The notes under the pieces were generated by a model. That model was not told the DNA's origin and made no database searches. It was given only the letters and a program-made list of their open reading frames with translations. Source: an uncultured delta proteobacterium (GTDB lineage Bacteria; Myxococcota_A; UBA9160; SMWR01). From it: DNA of 64,000 nucleotides. The translations under genes and the position numbers were made by a program. Each line of letters begins with the position of its first letter. The stretch's first letter is position 1. The stretch is taken from NCBI GenBank assembly GCA_963832165.1, contig CAWHTE010000003.1, positions 224,001-288,000 on the forward strand, written 5' to 3'. This document shows positions 52,212 through 61,181 of this stretch, piece after piece.

Positions 52212-52272
52212 GGCGCTCCCAACGGGAATCGCTTCGAGCGGCGCGAAGCGCTGGCGCTCCCAACGGGAATCG
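52212..52272. repeat. 20-bp direct repeat duplicating the tRNA-Glu 3' end
   Basis: GGCGCTCCCAACGGGAATCG at 52212-52231 and 52253-52272. Confidence 0.9.
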
Positions 52273-52327
52273 AACCCGTGTCTCAGCCTTGAGAGGGCTG
52301 CGTCCTAGACCGCTAGACGATGGGAGC
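52252..52327 (-). tRNA. tRNA-Glu (CTC)
   Basis: GCTCCCA/TGGGAGC acceptor stem, CAGCC-CTCTCAA-GGCTG anticodon arm, GGTTCGATTCC, encoded CCA; 76 nt. Confidence 0.96.
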
Positions 52328-52374
52328 GCTCGCGTTCGGGCCGCCGAAGCTAGCACCCCGTGCGGGCGGCGCGA

Positions 52375-52410
52375 GACGAGAATTGTCACCGCGCGGACGC
52401 GATTCGTCAC
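52375..52410 (+). promoter_or_regulatory. Candidate enhancer (bEBP/PilR-type) sites for pilA
   Basis: Two GAC-N7-GTCAC dyads 21 bp apart, ~125-160 bp upstream of the sigma-54 promoter. Confidence 0.5.
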
Positions 52411-52534
52411 TGCGTGCCGGCTTGCGCGCGACGACTGCGCCCGAGCTGCGGTGTGAAACAACGGGGCGATCGGCCACGGGCGCGCTCAGGTTGGTGCCCG
52501 GCGTTGCCGATGCATGAGCCGGTTCACCGAACGC

Positions 52535-52550
52535 TGGCATGACCCTTGCT
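52535..52550 (+). promoter_or_regulatory. Sigma-54 promoter of pilA
   Basis: TGGCAT-GACCC-TTGCT matches the -24/-12 consensus. Confidence 0.85.
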
Positions 52551-52679
52551 CTATAGCGCTGGCGTACGGGAAGGACCGAGTCAAAAGGCCTGCGTCGAGG
52601 TTCGACGTCGCCCCGGGAAGGGGACGGGAAGGGATTTCCCGAGGACGCGCTCGGTTCGAAGATCCGACAGGGAGATCCC

Positions 52680-53228
52680 ATGAAGAAGCTCCACGTTCGC
52701 AAGGGTGGCTTCACGCTCATCGAGTTGATGATCGTGGTTGCCATCATCGGAATCCTCGCGGCGATCGCGATTCCGAACTTCCTCCGCTTCCAGCTCAAGG
52801 CGAAGTCGAGTGAAGGCAAGACCAACCTCGCCGCGATCCGGACCGCCGAGCAGTCCTACTACTCGGAGTTCGGCCGCTACGTCTCGTCGACGGGCCTCGC
52901 GCCGGCGGCGTACCCGGGCAGCTCGAAGACCGGCTTCACGCCGGCGAGCGCGCCCGGCTTCAACACGATCGGCTGGTCGCCCGAGGGCCAGGTGTACTTC
53001 AACTACGGCGTGGGCACGGACGTCCTCGGCACCGGTTTCTTCACGACCGCGATGGCCGACATCAACGCGAACACCACGCCGCAGGCGTGGGGCTACCACA
53101 AGCGCGGTGGTGGCGGCGCGGCGATCACGCCGCAGTCCGGCCACACCTGCGCGCTCGGCGCCGCCGGTCTCCAGCAGGACGACCAGGTTGGCCCGTGCGG
53201 CAGCACGTTCGGTCAGAGCGAGTTCTAG
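52680..53228 (+). CDS. pilA: Type IVa major pilin
   Basis: KGG|FTLIELMIVVAIIGILAAIAIPNF class III signal; C-terminal Cys pair; own sigma-54 promoter and 3' hairpin. Confidence 0.92.
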   Translation: MKKLHVRKGGFTLIELMIVVAIIGILAAIAIPNFLRFQLKAKSSEGKTNLAAIRTAEQSYYSEFGRYVSSTGLAPAAYPGSSKTGFTPASAPGFNTIGWSPEGQVYFNYGVGTDVLGTGFFTTAMADINANTTPQAWGYHKRGGGGAAITPQSGHTCALGAAGLQQDDQVGPCGSTFGQSEF

Positions 53229-53255
53229 ACCTGGTCTAGGACTGGTTGAACGAAG

Positions 53256-53288
53256 GGTGGAGGGCCGGGCGTGGCCCGGCCCTCCACC
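53256..53288 (+). terminator. Strong hairpin after pilA (terminator or mRNA stabiliser)
   Basis: Perfect 15-bp stem GGTGGAGGGCCGGGC/GCCCGGCCCTCCACC; no long U-tract. Confidence 0.7.
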
Positions 53289-53349
53289 GATTCGCCTCCT
53301 CGAAGAATTCTCGCGAGCCCAGGGCTCGCGTCCACTCGCAAACCTCGAA

Positions 53350-53997
53350 ATGCAGGGCCAGAAGATGCGCAACTTGAAGCGATCTCGGACCCGAGGCGGG
53401 TTCACGCTCACCGAGCTCATGATCACCTGCGCGTTGGTCGGTACGCTCGCGGCGATCGCGATTCCGAACTTCATGACGTATCAGGCGCGCAGCCGCCGCA
53501 GCGAGGGCTATACCAACGTCGCGGGCATCGCGCGCGCCTACAAGGCGTACCACGCCGAGAAGGGCCGGTTCCCCGACATGGTCGTGGAGACCACCGCGCT
53601 GGGCTCGCCCGAGGCGAGCCTTCCGGACCCCACGGCGCACGGCTTTGCGGCTCCGAACACGCAGAAGCTCCCCTGGGATGCGCCGACCGAGGCATTCTTC
53701 AGCATCGTCGGCTGGCGGCCCGAGGGCAGCGTGTTCTACAGCTACGACGTCGAGTCTGCGTGCGGTGGCGGGCTCTGCAACGATCAGTCGTGCTTCACGG
53801 TGACCGCTCACGGCGACGTGGACGGCAATGGCAGCCTCGGCGCGGTGATGTTCGTTCATCCGTTGACGAACGCGACGGGCAATCCGATCGCGTCCTGCAA
53901 CTCCGGCATTGGCAACTTCCCCCCGCCCGTGTCGGCCGAAACCGGTCAGGCCGTCTATGACGAGCCGGCGATCCGGCTCGCGAGCGATCTGTACTAG
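53350..53997 (+). CDS. Second type IV pilin-like protein
   Basis: RGG|FTLTELMITCALVGTLAAIAIPNF; shares GWxPEGxV motif with PilA; alternative start 53365. Confidence 0.88.
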   Translation: MQGQKMRNLKRSRTRGGFTLTELMITCALVGTLAAIAIPNFMTYQARSRRSEGYTNVAGIARAYKAYHAEKGRFPDMVVETTALGSPEASLPDPTAHGFAAPNTQKLPWDAPTEAFFSIVGWRPEGSVFYSYDVESACGGGLCNDQSCFTVTAHGDVDGNGSLGAVMFVHPLTNATGNPIASCNSGIGNFPPPVSAETGQAVYDEPAIRLASDLY

Positions 53998-54016
53998 CCC
54001 GACAGCGGGGGGGAGC

Positions 54017-54976
54017 TTGACCAGTTTGGGTTTGCGGAGGGGAGCCGCCCGATGGCTCTCGTGCGCGCTCGTCGCGGGCGTCACCGCACTCGTGCACGCG
54101 GGCATGGACACGTCGTCGGCCGCCGCGAGCGGCCGCCTGCACGTGCCGAGCCCGGAGCGCGCACGCGCGCTCGCGCTCGGCTTCGAGCCCGTGATCGCGG
54201 ACTACTACTGGATCCAGGCGCTCCAGCTGGTCGGCGGAGAAGAGCGGCCCACACAGCGCAACCGGACGATCGAAGCGCTGTTGGACGTGGTGACCGGACT
54301 CGACCCGTGGGTCGATCATCCCTACCGCTTCGCCGCGCTATGGCTCACCGACACCGAGAGCGAGGTGAAGCACGCCAATCGCCTGCTCGAAAAGGGCATC
54401 GCCTATCACCCGCTCAATTGGCGGAACCGCTTCTATCTCGGTTACAACCAGTTCTTCTATCTCGAGGACAACGCGAGCGCCGCAGACACACTCGAGAATG
54501 CGATGCGCTTCCCCGACGCGCCCGACTACCTGGGCTCGCTCGTGGCGCGCCTGCGCGCCTCGAACGACAGCCTCGACACGGCGGTGTTGTTCCTCCAGCA
54601 GCTGATCGCGCAGACCGAGGACGAGTACGAGCGCGCGGAATACCTGGAATCGTTCGCCGAGATCGAGACCGAGCGGCGCGCCCGCATGCTCGATCGCGCG
54701 CGCGCCGAGTTCGGACGCCGGCACGGCCGCGACATCCGCTCGCCCGCCGAGCTCTGGAGCGGACCCCTGCGCGTGCTCGGCGGCGAGCCGCCCGCGCATC
54801 CGGAGATCGCGGGGCAGCGCTGGCGGATCGATGCCGCGACCGGCGAGATCGTGTCCTCGTTCTACGGGCGCCGCTATCGCGTCCACACGAACCCCACCGA
54901 CGAGGCGGTGCGACAGCGCTGGCGCGCTCAGTCCGACGAGGCCGCACCTGCCGCCGCCCGGGAGGGCGACGCGTGA
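54017..54976 (+). CDS. PilG-like (myxobacterial) membrane-anchored TPR-like protein
   Basis: N-terminal TM, ADYYWIQALQ, VTGLDP motifs; lies between pilins and ABC genes; start uncertain. Confidence 0.7.
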   Translation: MTSLGLRRGAARWLSCALVAGVTALVHAGMDTSSAAASGRLHVPSPERARALALGFEPVIADYYWIQALQLVGGEERPTQRNRTIEALLDVVTGLDPWVDHPYRFAALWLTDTESEVKHANRLLEKGIAYHPLNWRNRFYLGYNQFFYLEDNASAADTLENAMRFPDAPDYLGSLVARLRASNDSLDTAVLFLQQLIAQTEDEYERAEYLESFAEIETERRARMLDRARAEFGRRHGRDIRSPAELWSGPLRVLGGEPPAHPEIAGQRWRIDAATGEIVSSFYGRRYRVHTNPTDEAVRQRWRAQSDEAAPAAAREGDA

Positions 54977-55917
54977 GCGCGAACCGCGCCGAGATCGTGC
55001 GCGTCGATGCCGTGGTGAAGGATGTGCGGCCCGGCTTCGGCCTGCGCCGCAAGCGCGTGCTGCACGACATCACGTTCTGCGTGCGCGAGGGAGAGATCTT
55101 CGGCTTCGTCGGCCCGAACGGCGCGGGCAAGACCACGACGCTCAAGATCCTGATGGGCCTGATCCGCGCGACGTCGGGCACGGCGCGCGTGCTCGGCCAC
55201 GACGTCGGCGAGACCGCGTTCCGGCGCCACGTCGGCTTCCTGCCCGAGAATCCCTACTTCTACGACTATCTCACCGGGCGCGAGACGCTCGACTTCTACG
55301 CGAAGCTGTGCGGCCTGTCGCGCGAGCGGCGACACGCGCGCGCGGACGAGCTGCTGAGCCAGGTGGGGCTCGAGCACGCGGCGGGCGCGCGCGTGCGCAC
55401 CTACAGCAAGGGCATGCAGCAGCGGCTCGGGATCGCGCAGGCGCTCGTCCACGATCCCGACGTCGTGTTCCTCGACGAGCCGATGAGCGGTCTCGACCCG
55501 ATCGGACGCAAAGAGGTGCGCGATCTGATCCTGCGCCTGCGCGATCGGGGCAAGACCGTATTCATGAACACGCACATCCTGCACGACGTGGAGCTCGTGT
55601 GCGACCGCGTCGCGATCATCGCGGGCGGACGGATCCGCTACGAGGGCGCGATCCAGGACTTCATCGAGGCCGGTGAGCGCTTGACCGATCTCCTCGTCGC
55701 GAGCCTGCCCGCGCATATCGGGGCGTTGCTCGAGGAGCGTTTCAGCGCGCAACTGCGCGGCGTGGGGGATCGCATCGAGGTGCGCGTGCCCGAGAAGCAC
55801 GTCGACCCCGCGCTCGCGGTGCTGCTCGAGGCCGGCGCGAGCGTCGTGTCGGTGTCGCCGAATCGCGCCTCGCTCGAGCAGATCTTCATGAACGCCGTCG
55901 AGGAGAGCCACCGATGA
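54973..55917 (+). CDS. pilH: ABC transporter ATP-binding protein (myxobacterial PilH-like)
   Basis: [27 protein letters not shown]; pil cluster context. Confidence 0.85.
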   Translation: MSANRAEIVRVDAVVKDVRPGFGLRRKRVLHDITFCVREGEIFGFVGPNGAGKTTTLKILMGLIRATSGTARVLGHDVGETAFRRHVGFLPENPYFYDYLTGRETLDFYAKLCGLSRERRHARADELLSQVGLEHAAGARVRTYSKGMQQRLGIAQALVHDPDVVFLDEPMSGLDPIGRKEVRDLILRLRDRGKTVFMNTHILHDVELVCDRVAIIAGGRIRYEGAIQDFIEAGERLTDLLVASLPAHIGALLEERFSAQLRGVGDRIEVRVPEKHVDPALAVLLEAGASVVSVSPNRASLEQIFMNAVEESHR

Positions 55918-56696
55918 TCCCCCGCGGTCTGGTCTGCATCTGGACGATCGCCACGAACACCGTGCGCGAGTCGGTGCGCAGCAAGCTCCTGTACGGGCTG
56001 CTGTTCTTCGCCGTGCTGCTGATCGGAGCGGGCGCCGTGGTCGCGTCCCTCTCGTACGTCGAGCAGGAGCGGATCCTGCAAGACATCGGGTTGGGCTCCG
56101 TGCGGTTGTTCGGTGTCGCGATCGCGATCCTCGTCGGCATCAACCTGATCCACCGCGAGGTCGAACGCCGCACGGTCTACACGATCCTGTCGAAGCCGCT
56201 GTCGCGCGGTGAGTTCCTGGTCGGCAAGTTCCTCGGGCTCACGCTCACGATCTGGCTGCAGATGGCGATCATGGGCGCCGCGTTCGTGGGCGTCTCGCTC
56301 GCCACGGGGGCGCCGCTCGGCGTGCCCCACCTCGCGTTCTTCTTCCTGACCGGCGTCGAGCTCGCACTCGTGGTCGGGATCGCGACGTTCTTCTCGGCGT
56401 TCACCACGCCCGTGCTCGCGGCGTTCTTCACCACAGGTGTCTGGGGCGTCGGTCATCTGTCGCGCCAGCTGCGCGATCTCGGCGCGAGCGGTCAATCGAG
56501 CCCGTTCGAGTGGGTGACCTGGGCGCTCCACCGCGTGCTGCCCGATCTCGAGAGCTTCAACCTCGCCTCCGAGGCCGCCCACCTGCTGCCCGTGACCGCG
56601 TCCGACTGGGTGCTGCCGACACTCTACGGCGTGGGCTACGTCACGCTCGTGCTGTTCGCGGCGGTCGCCGTATTCGAGCGCCGCGACCTGCGCTGA
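55914..56696 (+). CDS. pilI: ABC transporter permease (myxobacterial PilI-like)
   Basis: Multi-TM; REVERRTVYTILSKPLSR..GKFLG; FERRDL C-terminus. Confidence 0.82.
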   Translation: MIPRGLVCIWTIATNTVRESVRSKLLYGLLFFAVLLIGAGAVVASLSYVEQERILQDIGLGSVRLFGVAIAILVGINLIHREVERRTVYTILSKPLSRGEFLVGKFLGLTLTIWLQMAIMGAAFVGVSLATGAPLGVPHLAFFFLTGVELALVVGIATFFSAFTTPVLAAFFTTGVWGVGHLSRQLRDLGASGQSSPFEWVTWALHRVLPDLESFNLASEAAHLLPVTASDWVLPTLYGVGYVTLVLFAAVAVFERRDLR

Positions 56697-56736
56697 GCAA
56701 GCTTCGCGCAGCGAGCGAAGGCGAGCGAAGACCATC
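56697..56736 (+). repeat. Dispersed mini-hairpin repeat copy (intergenic pilI-pilD)
   Basis: GCAAGCTTCGCGCAGCGAGCGAAGGCGAGCGAAGACCATC. Confidence 0.85.
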
Positions 56737-56764
56737 AGGTGAGCCTTTGCTAACGTCGGCGCTC

Positions 56765-57649
56765 ATGGACGTGGTGCTCACCGTGCCCGACCGCGTTTGG
56801 GCCGGCGTCGCCTTCGCGTTCGGACTCTGCGTCGGCTCGTTCCTGAACGTGGTGATCCACCGGCTGCCGCTCGACCAGTCGATCGTGCATCCGAGCTCGC
56901 ACTGTCCAAACTGCCAGACGCCGCTGCGCTGGTACGACAACGTGCCGCTGCTCGCGTACCTGTGGCTGCGCGGGCGCTGCCGCGGCTGTGGTCAGCGCAT
57001 CTCGCTGCGCTATCCGGCTGTCGAGCTGCTCACGGGTGTGCTGTTCGCGGTGATCGTGCTGCGCTTCGGCGCCACGCCGATGGCCGTCGTGGGCTGCGCG
57101 TTCGCGGCCGCGCTCGTGGCGACCGCGGCGATCGATCTCGATCACCAGATCATCCCCGACGAGATCTCGCTGGGAGGACTCGCGCTCGCGCTCGTCGTCG
57201 TGCCCGTCACCGACTGGTGGGCCGGCGCTGCGTTCGGCGCGGCGATCGTGCGCTCGCTCTCCGGCGCGGCGATCGGCGGCGGCATGCTCTGGATCGTCGG
57301 CTTTGCACACGCGCGCGTGTCGTCGATGCTCGGGCGTGGGTTCGATCATTGGCCGGGTGAAGGCGAGCCGCTGCCGCGCTTCGGTTCGCTCGACTACTGG
57401 ACCTGGTTCCCCGGTGTCGGATTCGGCGATGTGAAGCTGCTCGCAATGATCGGCGCCGTACTCGGACCTATCGGCGTGCTCGAGACGATCGTTCTCGCAT
57501 CGGTGGTCGGGCTCGCGGTCGGCGTGCTCGTGACCGTCTCGCGCCGCGCCTGGAACACGCCGTTCGGGTTCGGACCCTCGATCGCGGTCGGCGCGCTGCT
57601 CGCGCTGCTCGCGCCGGATCCCTTCGCCTGGCTGCCCGGGCTGCGCTGA
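56765..57649 (+). CDS. pilD: Prepilin peptidase
   Basis: GSFLNVVIHRLP, CPNC..CRGC, IDLDHQIIPD, GFGDVKL, PFGFGP. Confidence 0.93.
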   Translation: MDVVLTVPDRVWAGVAFAFGLCVGSFLNVVIHRLPLDQSIVHPSSHCPNCQTPLRWYDNVPLLAYLWLRGRCRGCGQRISLRYPAVELLTGVLFAVIVLRFGATPMAVVGCAFAAALVATAAIDLDHQIIPDEISLGGLALALVVVPVTDWWAGAAFGAAIVRSLSGAAIGGGMLWIVGFAHARVSSMLGRGFDHWPGEGEPLPRFGSLDYWTWFPGVGFGDVKLLAMIGAVLGPIGVLETIVLASVVGLAVGVLVTVSRRAWNTPFGFGPSIAVGALLALLAPDPFAWLPGLR

Positions 57650-57664
57650 GCGCGTCTCGCCCGC

Positions 57665-57694
57665 TTGTGAAATAGGCGGGCTCCGCGGTAAGGT
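57665..57694 (+). promoter_or_regulatory. Possible sigma-70 promoter for tRNA-Gln
   Basis: TTGTGA-N18-TAAGGT just upstream of the tRNA. Confidence 0.4.
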
Positions 57695-57710
57695 CCTGGA
57701 AAGGCAGCGT

Positions 57711-57784
57711 TCCCCGGTCGTCTAACGGCAGGACAGCAGGCTCTGAACCTGTGAATCGAGGTTCAAATCCTCGCCGGGGATCCA
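57711..57784 (+). tRNA. tRNA-Gln (CTG)
   Basis: TCCCCGG/CCGGGGA acceptor stem, GCAGG-CTCTGAA-CCTGT anticodon arm, GGTTCAAATCC, CCA. Confidence 0.95.
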
Positions 57785-57868
57785 CCGAGTCGCCTCCAGA
57801 CCCCCTCACAGGCCCTCACAGGATGGCTTCACTCGTGGCCTCCCCAGGGGGCCGAACGGGTTTGCTCC

Positions 57869-58447
57869 ATGAAGCTCGAGGTCGAACGACTGACGGGCGA
57901 GCCGCGGCCCTTTGCATACGAAGAAAGCGGCAACTGGTGGTGCACGCGCATGCCGCGCGACGCCGCACTGCCGCGCGACGTGGTCGAGCCGTTTCGCGTG
58001 ACCGGAACCGCGTACCGCGGGGGCGATTCGGAGGAGATCATCCTCGAGGGGAGGATCGCGGGAGCGTTCGAGCTGGAATGCGCGCGCTGCCTCGCGCGCT
58101 ATCGTCACGGGCTTTCCGAACCCTTCCGATTCGTCCTCGAGCCAGCGGGCGTGCGAACGCCCGCGGAGCCCGAGGCCGCGCGGTCGCTCGTCCGGGACGG
58201 GATGTGCCTCGCGGATGAGGTCGAGTTGGGTTGGTACCGGGGGACCGAGATACAGCTGGATTCGGTGTGTCTCGAATTGATCTCGCTGGCGCTTCCGGTG
58301 AAGCCTTTGTGCCGTGATGACTGCGCTGGTTTGTGCTCGCGGTGCGGGGCCGATCGCAACGAGACACCGTGCGGCTGCAGCGAGGCCGCTCCGAAATCAC
58401 CATTCGCCGTGCTCGCCGCGTTGCGCGGCGAAAGAGGAGCTGACTGA
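57869..58447 (+). CDS. yceD: YceD/DUF177 family protein
   Basis: [24 protein letters not shown]; upstream of rpmF. Confidence 0.88.
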   Translation: MKLEVERLTGEPRPFAYEESGNWWCTRMPRDAALPRDVVEPFRVTGTAYRGGDSEEIILEGRIAGAFELECARCLARYRHGLSEPFRFVLEPAGVRTPAEPEAARSLVRDGMCLADEVELGWYRGTEIQLDSVCLELISLALPVKPLCRDDCAGLCSRCGADRNETPCGCSEAAPKSPFAVLAALRGERGAD

Positions 58448-58629
58448 TGGCGGTGCCGAAGGCCAAAACGACCAAATCGCGGCGGAACATGCGCCGGTCC
58501 CACCACGCACTCGCGCAGCCGCCGCGCAGCAACTGTCCGCAGTGCGGAGAGGCGAAGGCGCCGCATCGGGTGTGCCCGAACTGCGGCACCTACCGCGGCC
58601 GCGAAATCGTGCGTACCGACGAGGACTGA
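58447..58629 (+). CDS. rpmF: 50S ribosomal protein L32 (Zn-binding type)
   Basis: [22 protein letters not shown]. Confidence 0.96.
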   Translation: MAVPKAKTTKSRRNMRRSHHALAQPPRSNCPQCGEAKAPHRVCPNCGTYRGREIVRTDED

Positions 58630-58635
58630 TCTCGC

Positions 58636-59583
58636 GTGTTGGCTCTGCTCTTTCCGGGTCAGGGTTCCCAGGCAGTGGGAATGGGTCGCGACGTCTACGA
58701 GACGAGCGACGCCGCCCGCGCCGTGTTCGCGGCAGCGGATTCCGCGCTGGGGTTCCCGCTCTCTCGGCTCTGCTTCGAGGGACCCGAGGACGAGCTCGTG
58801 CGCACGGAGGTGCAGCAGCCCGCGATCCTGACCACGAGCATCGCGTTCCTGCGCGCGCTCGAAGAGCGCGGTGGTGAGCTCGAGCCCGCGTTCTATGCGG
58901 GCCACAGCCTGGGCGAATACACGGCGCTCGTGGCCGCGGGCGCGCTCGAATTCGGTGACGCCGTACGGCTCGTGCAGCTGCGCGGGCGCTTCATGCAGGA
59001 GGCCGTACCGGAGGGGCGCGGCGCGATGGCCGCGATCCTCGGGCTCGATCCCGACGCGGTCGCCGGAGCGTGCGGGGTCGCGTCGGCACAGACCGGTCGC
59101 GTCGTGGCGCCGGCGAATTTCAATGGACCCGCCCAGACCGTGATCTCGGGCGATGCCGTGGCGGTGGAGGCGGCCTGCGCGCGCGCGCGCGAGCGCGGCG
59201 CGAAGCGCGCGGTTCCGCTCGACGTGTCGGCTCCGTTCCATTGCTCGCTGATGCGGCCCGCGGCCGAGAAGCTCGCGCTCGAGCTCGCGCGGGTGCGCTT
59301 CGAGGTCCCCGTCGCGCCCGTGGTCACCAACGTCGAGGCCGAGGACTGCGCCGATCCGTCGCGGTTCCCGGCGCTGCTCGAGCAGCAGGTCACCGCGCCG
59401 GTCCGCTTCACGGAAATGATTCAGTTCCTGAGCAATTCGGGCGTCGATCGCGTGCTCGAGATCGGGCCGGGCCGCGTACTGGTCGGTCTGGTCGCCCGGG
59501 TTTCACGCGATCTGGCGCGCGCCAGTCTCGGGATTGCGAAAGAGCTCGATAGCGCGGCAGATTTCGCCGCGGGAGAGCGCTAG
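58636..59583 (+). CDS. fabD: Malonyl-CoA:ACP transacylase
   Basis: FPGQGSQ, GHSLGEY, SAPFH. Confidence 0.96.
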   Translation: MLALLFPGQGSQAVGMGRDVYETSDAARAVFAAADSALGFPLSRLCFEGPEDELVRTEVQQPAILTTSIAFLRALEERGGELEPAFYAGHSLGEYTALVAAGALEFGDAVRLVQLRGRFMQEAVPEGRGAMAAILGLDPDAVAGACGVASAQTGRVVAPANFNGPAQTVISGDAVAVEAACARARERGAKRAVPLDVSAPFHCSLMRPAAEKLALELARVRFEVPVAPVVTNVEAEDCADPSRFPALLEQQVTAPVRFTEMIQFLSNSGVDRVLEIGPGRVLVGLVARVSRDLARASLGIAKELDSAADFAAGER

Positions 59584-59616
59584 GTACACGGCGACGTTCG
59601 CCAGGGGAGGGATTGA

Positions 59617-59856
59617 ATGGTGGCGCTGGATACGAGGGTCTCCGAACTGATCGTCGAGCAGCTCGGGGTCAGCATGGAGGAGATCAGGCCCGAAGCCTCC
59701 TTCATCGACGATCTGGGCGCCGACTCGCTCGACATCGTCGAGCTGGTGATGGCGATGGAAGAGGAATTCGACATCGAGATTCCCGATGAGGATGCCGAGC
59801 GCATCCAGACGATCGGCGATGCCACCGCCTATCTCAAGGAGAAGCTCGGCGCGTGA
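59617..59856 (+). CDS. acpP: Acyl carrier protein
   Basis: [21 protein letters not shown]. Confidence 0.96.
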   Translation: MVALDTRVSELIVEQLGVSMEEIRPEASFIDDLGADSLDIVELVMAMEEEFDIEIPDEDAERIQTIGDATAYLKEKLGA

Positions 59857-61103
59857 AGTCTTCCTCCGCGCGCCGGCGCGTGGTGGTCACGGGAATCGGT
59901 TGCGTGACACCGCTGGGGATCGGTGTCGACGATACGTGGACTGCGGCGATCGCGGGCAAGAGCGGCGTGCGGCGGATTGCGCGCTTCGATGCCGGCGAGT
60001 TCGCGTCGCAGATCGCCGGCGAGGTCCCGGGCGAGCTCGACCTGTCCGACCTGCCCGCGAAGGAGGCGCGGCGTCTCGATCGCACGATCCAGCTCGCGCT
60101 GGTCGCGGCGCGCGAGGCGCTCGAGGGCTCGAAGCTCTCGATCGACGCGTCCAACTGCGAGCGCTTCGGTGTGTCGGTCGGCTCGGGCATCGGCGGCCTC
60201 GAGACGATCGAGGAGGGCGTCGACGTGCTCGCGCGATCGGGGCCGCGCCGCGTGCCGCCGTTCGTGATCCCGATGACGATCTGCAACATGACGAGCGGCT
60301 ACATCGCGATCCGCCACGGGCTCAAGGGATTGAACCTCTGCCACGTGAGCGCGTGCTCGACCGGCGCGCATTCGATCGGCGAAGCCGCGCGCGCGATCGA
60401 ACGCGGCGACGTGGACGTGATGGTGGCCGGTGGAACGGAGGCCCCGATCACGCGGATCGGCGTGGCGAGCTTCGCCGCGATGCGCGCGCTCTCCACGCAG
60501 AACGACGACCCCGCGAGCGCGAGCCGCCCGTTCGACCGTGGCCGCGACGGCTTCGTGATGTCCGAGGGGGCGGCCGTGCTCGTGCTCGAGGCCGAGGAGC
60601 ACGCCCGCGCGCGCGGGGCACCGATCCGCGCGCGACTGCTCGGCTACGCGGGTACCGCAGACGCCGCGCACATCGCGCAGCCGACCGAGAACGCCGAGGG
60701 GGCGCAGCGCTGCATGCGGCTCGCGATCGAGGACGCCGACCTCACCGTTTCCGACGTCGATCACGTGAACGCGCACGCCACGAGCACTCCGGCCGGCGAT
60801 CCGAGTGAGGCCCGCGCGATCCGCGCCGTGTTCGGCAAGCACGCCGATCGCCTCCCGGTATCCGCGACCAAATCGATGACGGGACACCTGCTCGGTGCGG
60901 CGGGTGCCGTCGAGGCGCTCCTCTGCATCCGCGCAATCGAGACGGGAATCGTGCCGCCGACGATCAACCTCGACAGCGTCGATGACGATTGCGAGCTCGA
61001 TCACGTCGCGAACGAGTCGCGCCGGACCGAGGTCCGGGTCGCGCTCTCGAACTCGTTTGGCTTCGGCGGCACGAACGCCTGCCTGGTGTTCGGGCGCGAA
61101 TAA
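59853..61103 (+). CDS. fabF: 3-oxoacyl-ACP synthase II
   Basis: [29 protein letters not shown]. Confidence 0.96.
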   Translation: MKSSSARRRVVVTGIGCVTPLGIGVDDTWTAAIAGKSGVRRIARFDAGEFASQIAGEVPGELDLSDLPAKEARRLDRTIQLALVAAREALEGSKLSIDASNCERFGVSVGSGIGGLETIEEGVDVLARSGPRRVPPFVIPMTICNMTSGYIAIRHGLKGLNLCHVSACSTGAHSIGEAARAIERGDVDVMVAGGTEAPITRIGVASFAAMRALSTQNDDPASASRPFDRGRDGFVMSEGAAVLVLEAEEHARARGAPIRARLLGYAGTADAAHIAQPTENAEGAQRCMRLAIEDADLTVSDVDHVNAHATSTPAGDPSEARAIRAVFGKHADRLPVSATKSMTGHLLGAAGAVEALLCIRAIETGIVPPTINLDSVDDDCELDHVANESRRTEVRVALSNSFGFGGTNACLVFGRE

Positions 61104-61181
61104 GCCCGTCCGCGCGCAGTGATAAGGGGGGCGCGTCTCTCCTCGTCGTGGCACACTGCCCGCCTCCATCCGAGGCACCCC

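Noticed and set aside
52212..52272. Intact prophage or genomic island at tRNA-Glu
   Set aside because: Only 21 bp lie between the direct repeats and there is no integrase or cargo; kept only as a possible scar.
54007..54013. G7 tract before the pilG-like gene as a phase-variation site
   Set aside because: Too short to be significant at this GC content.
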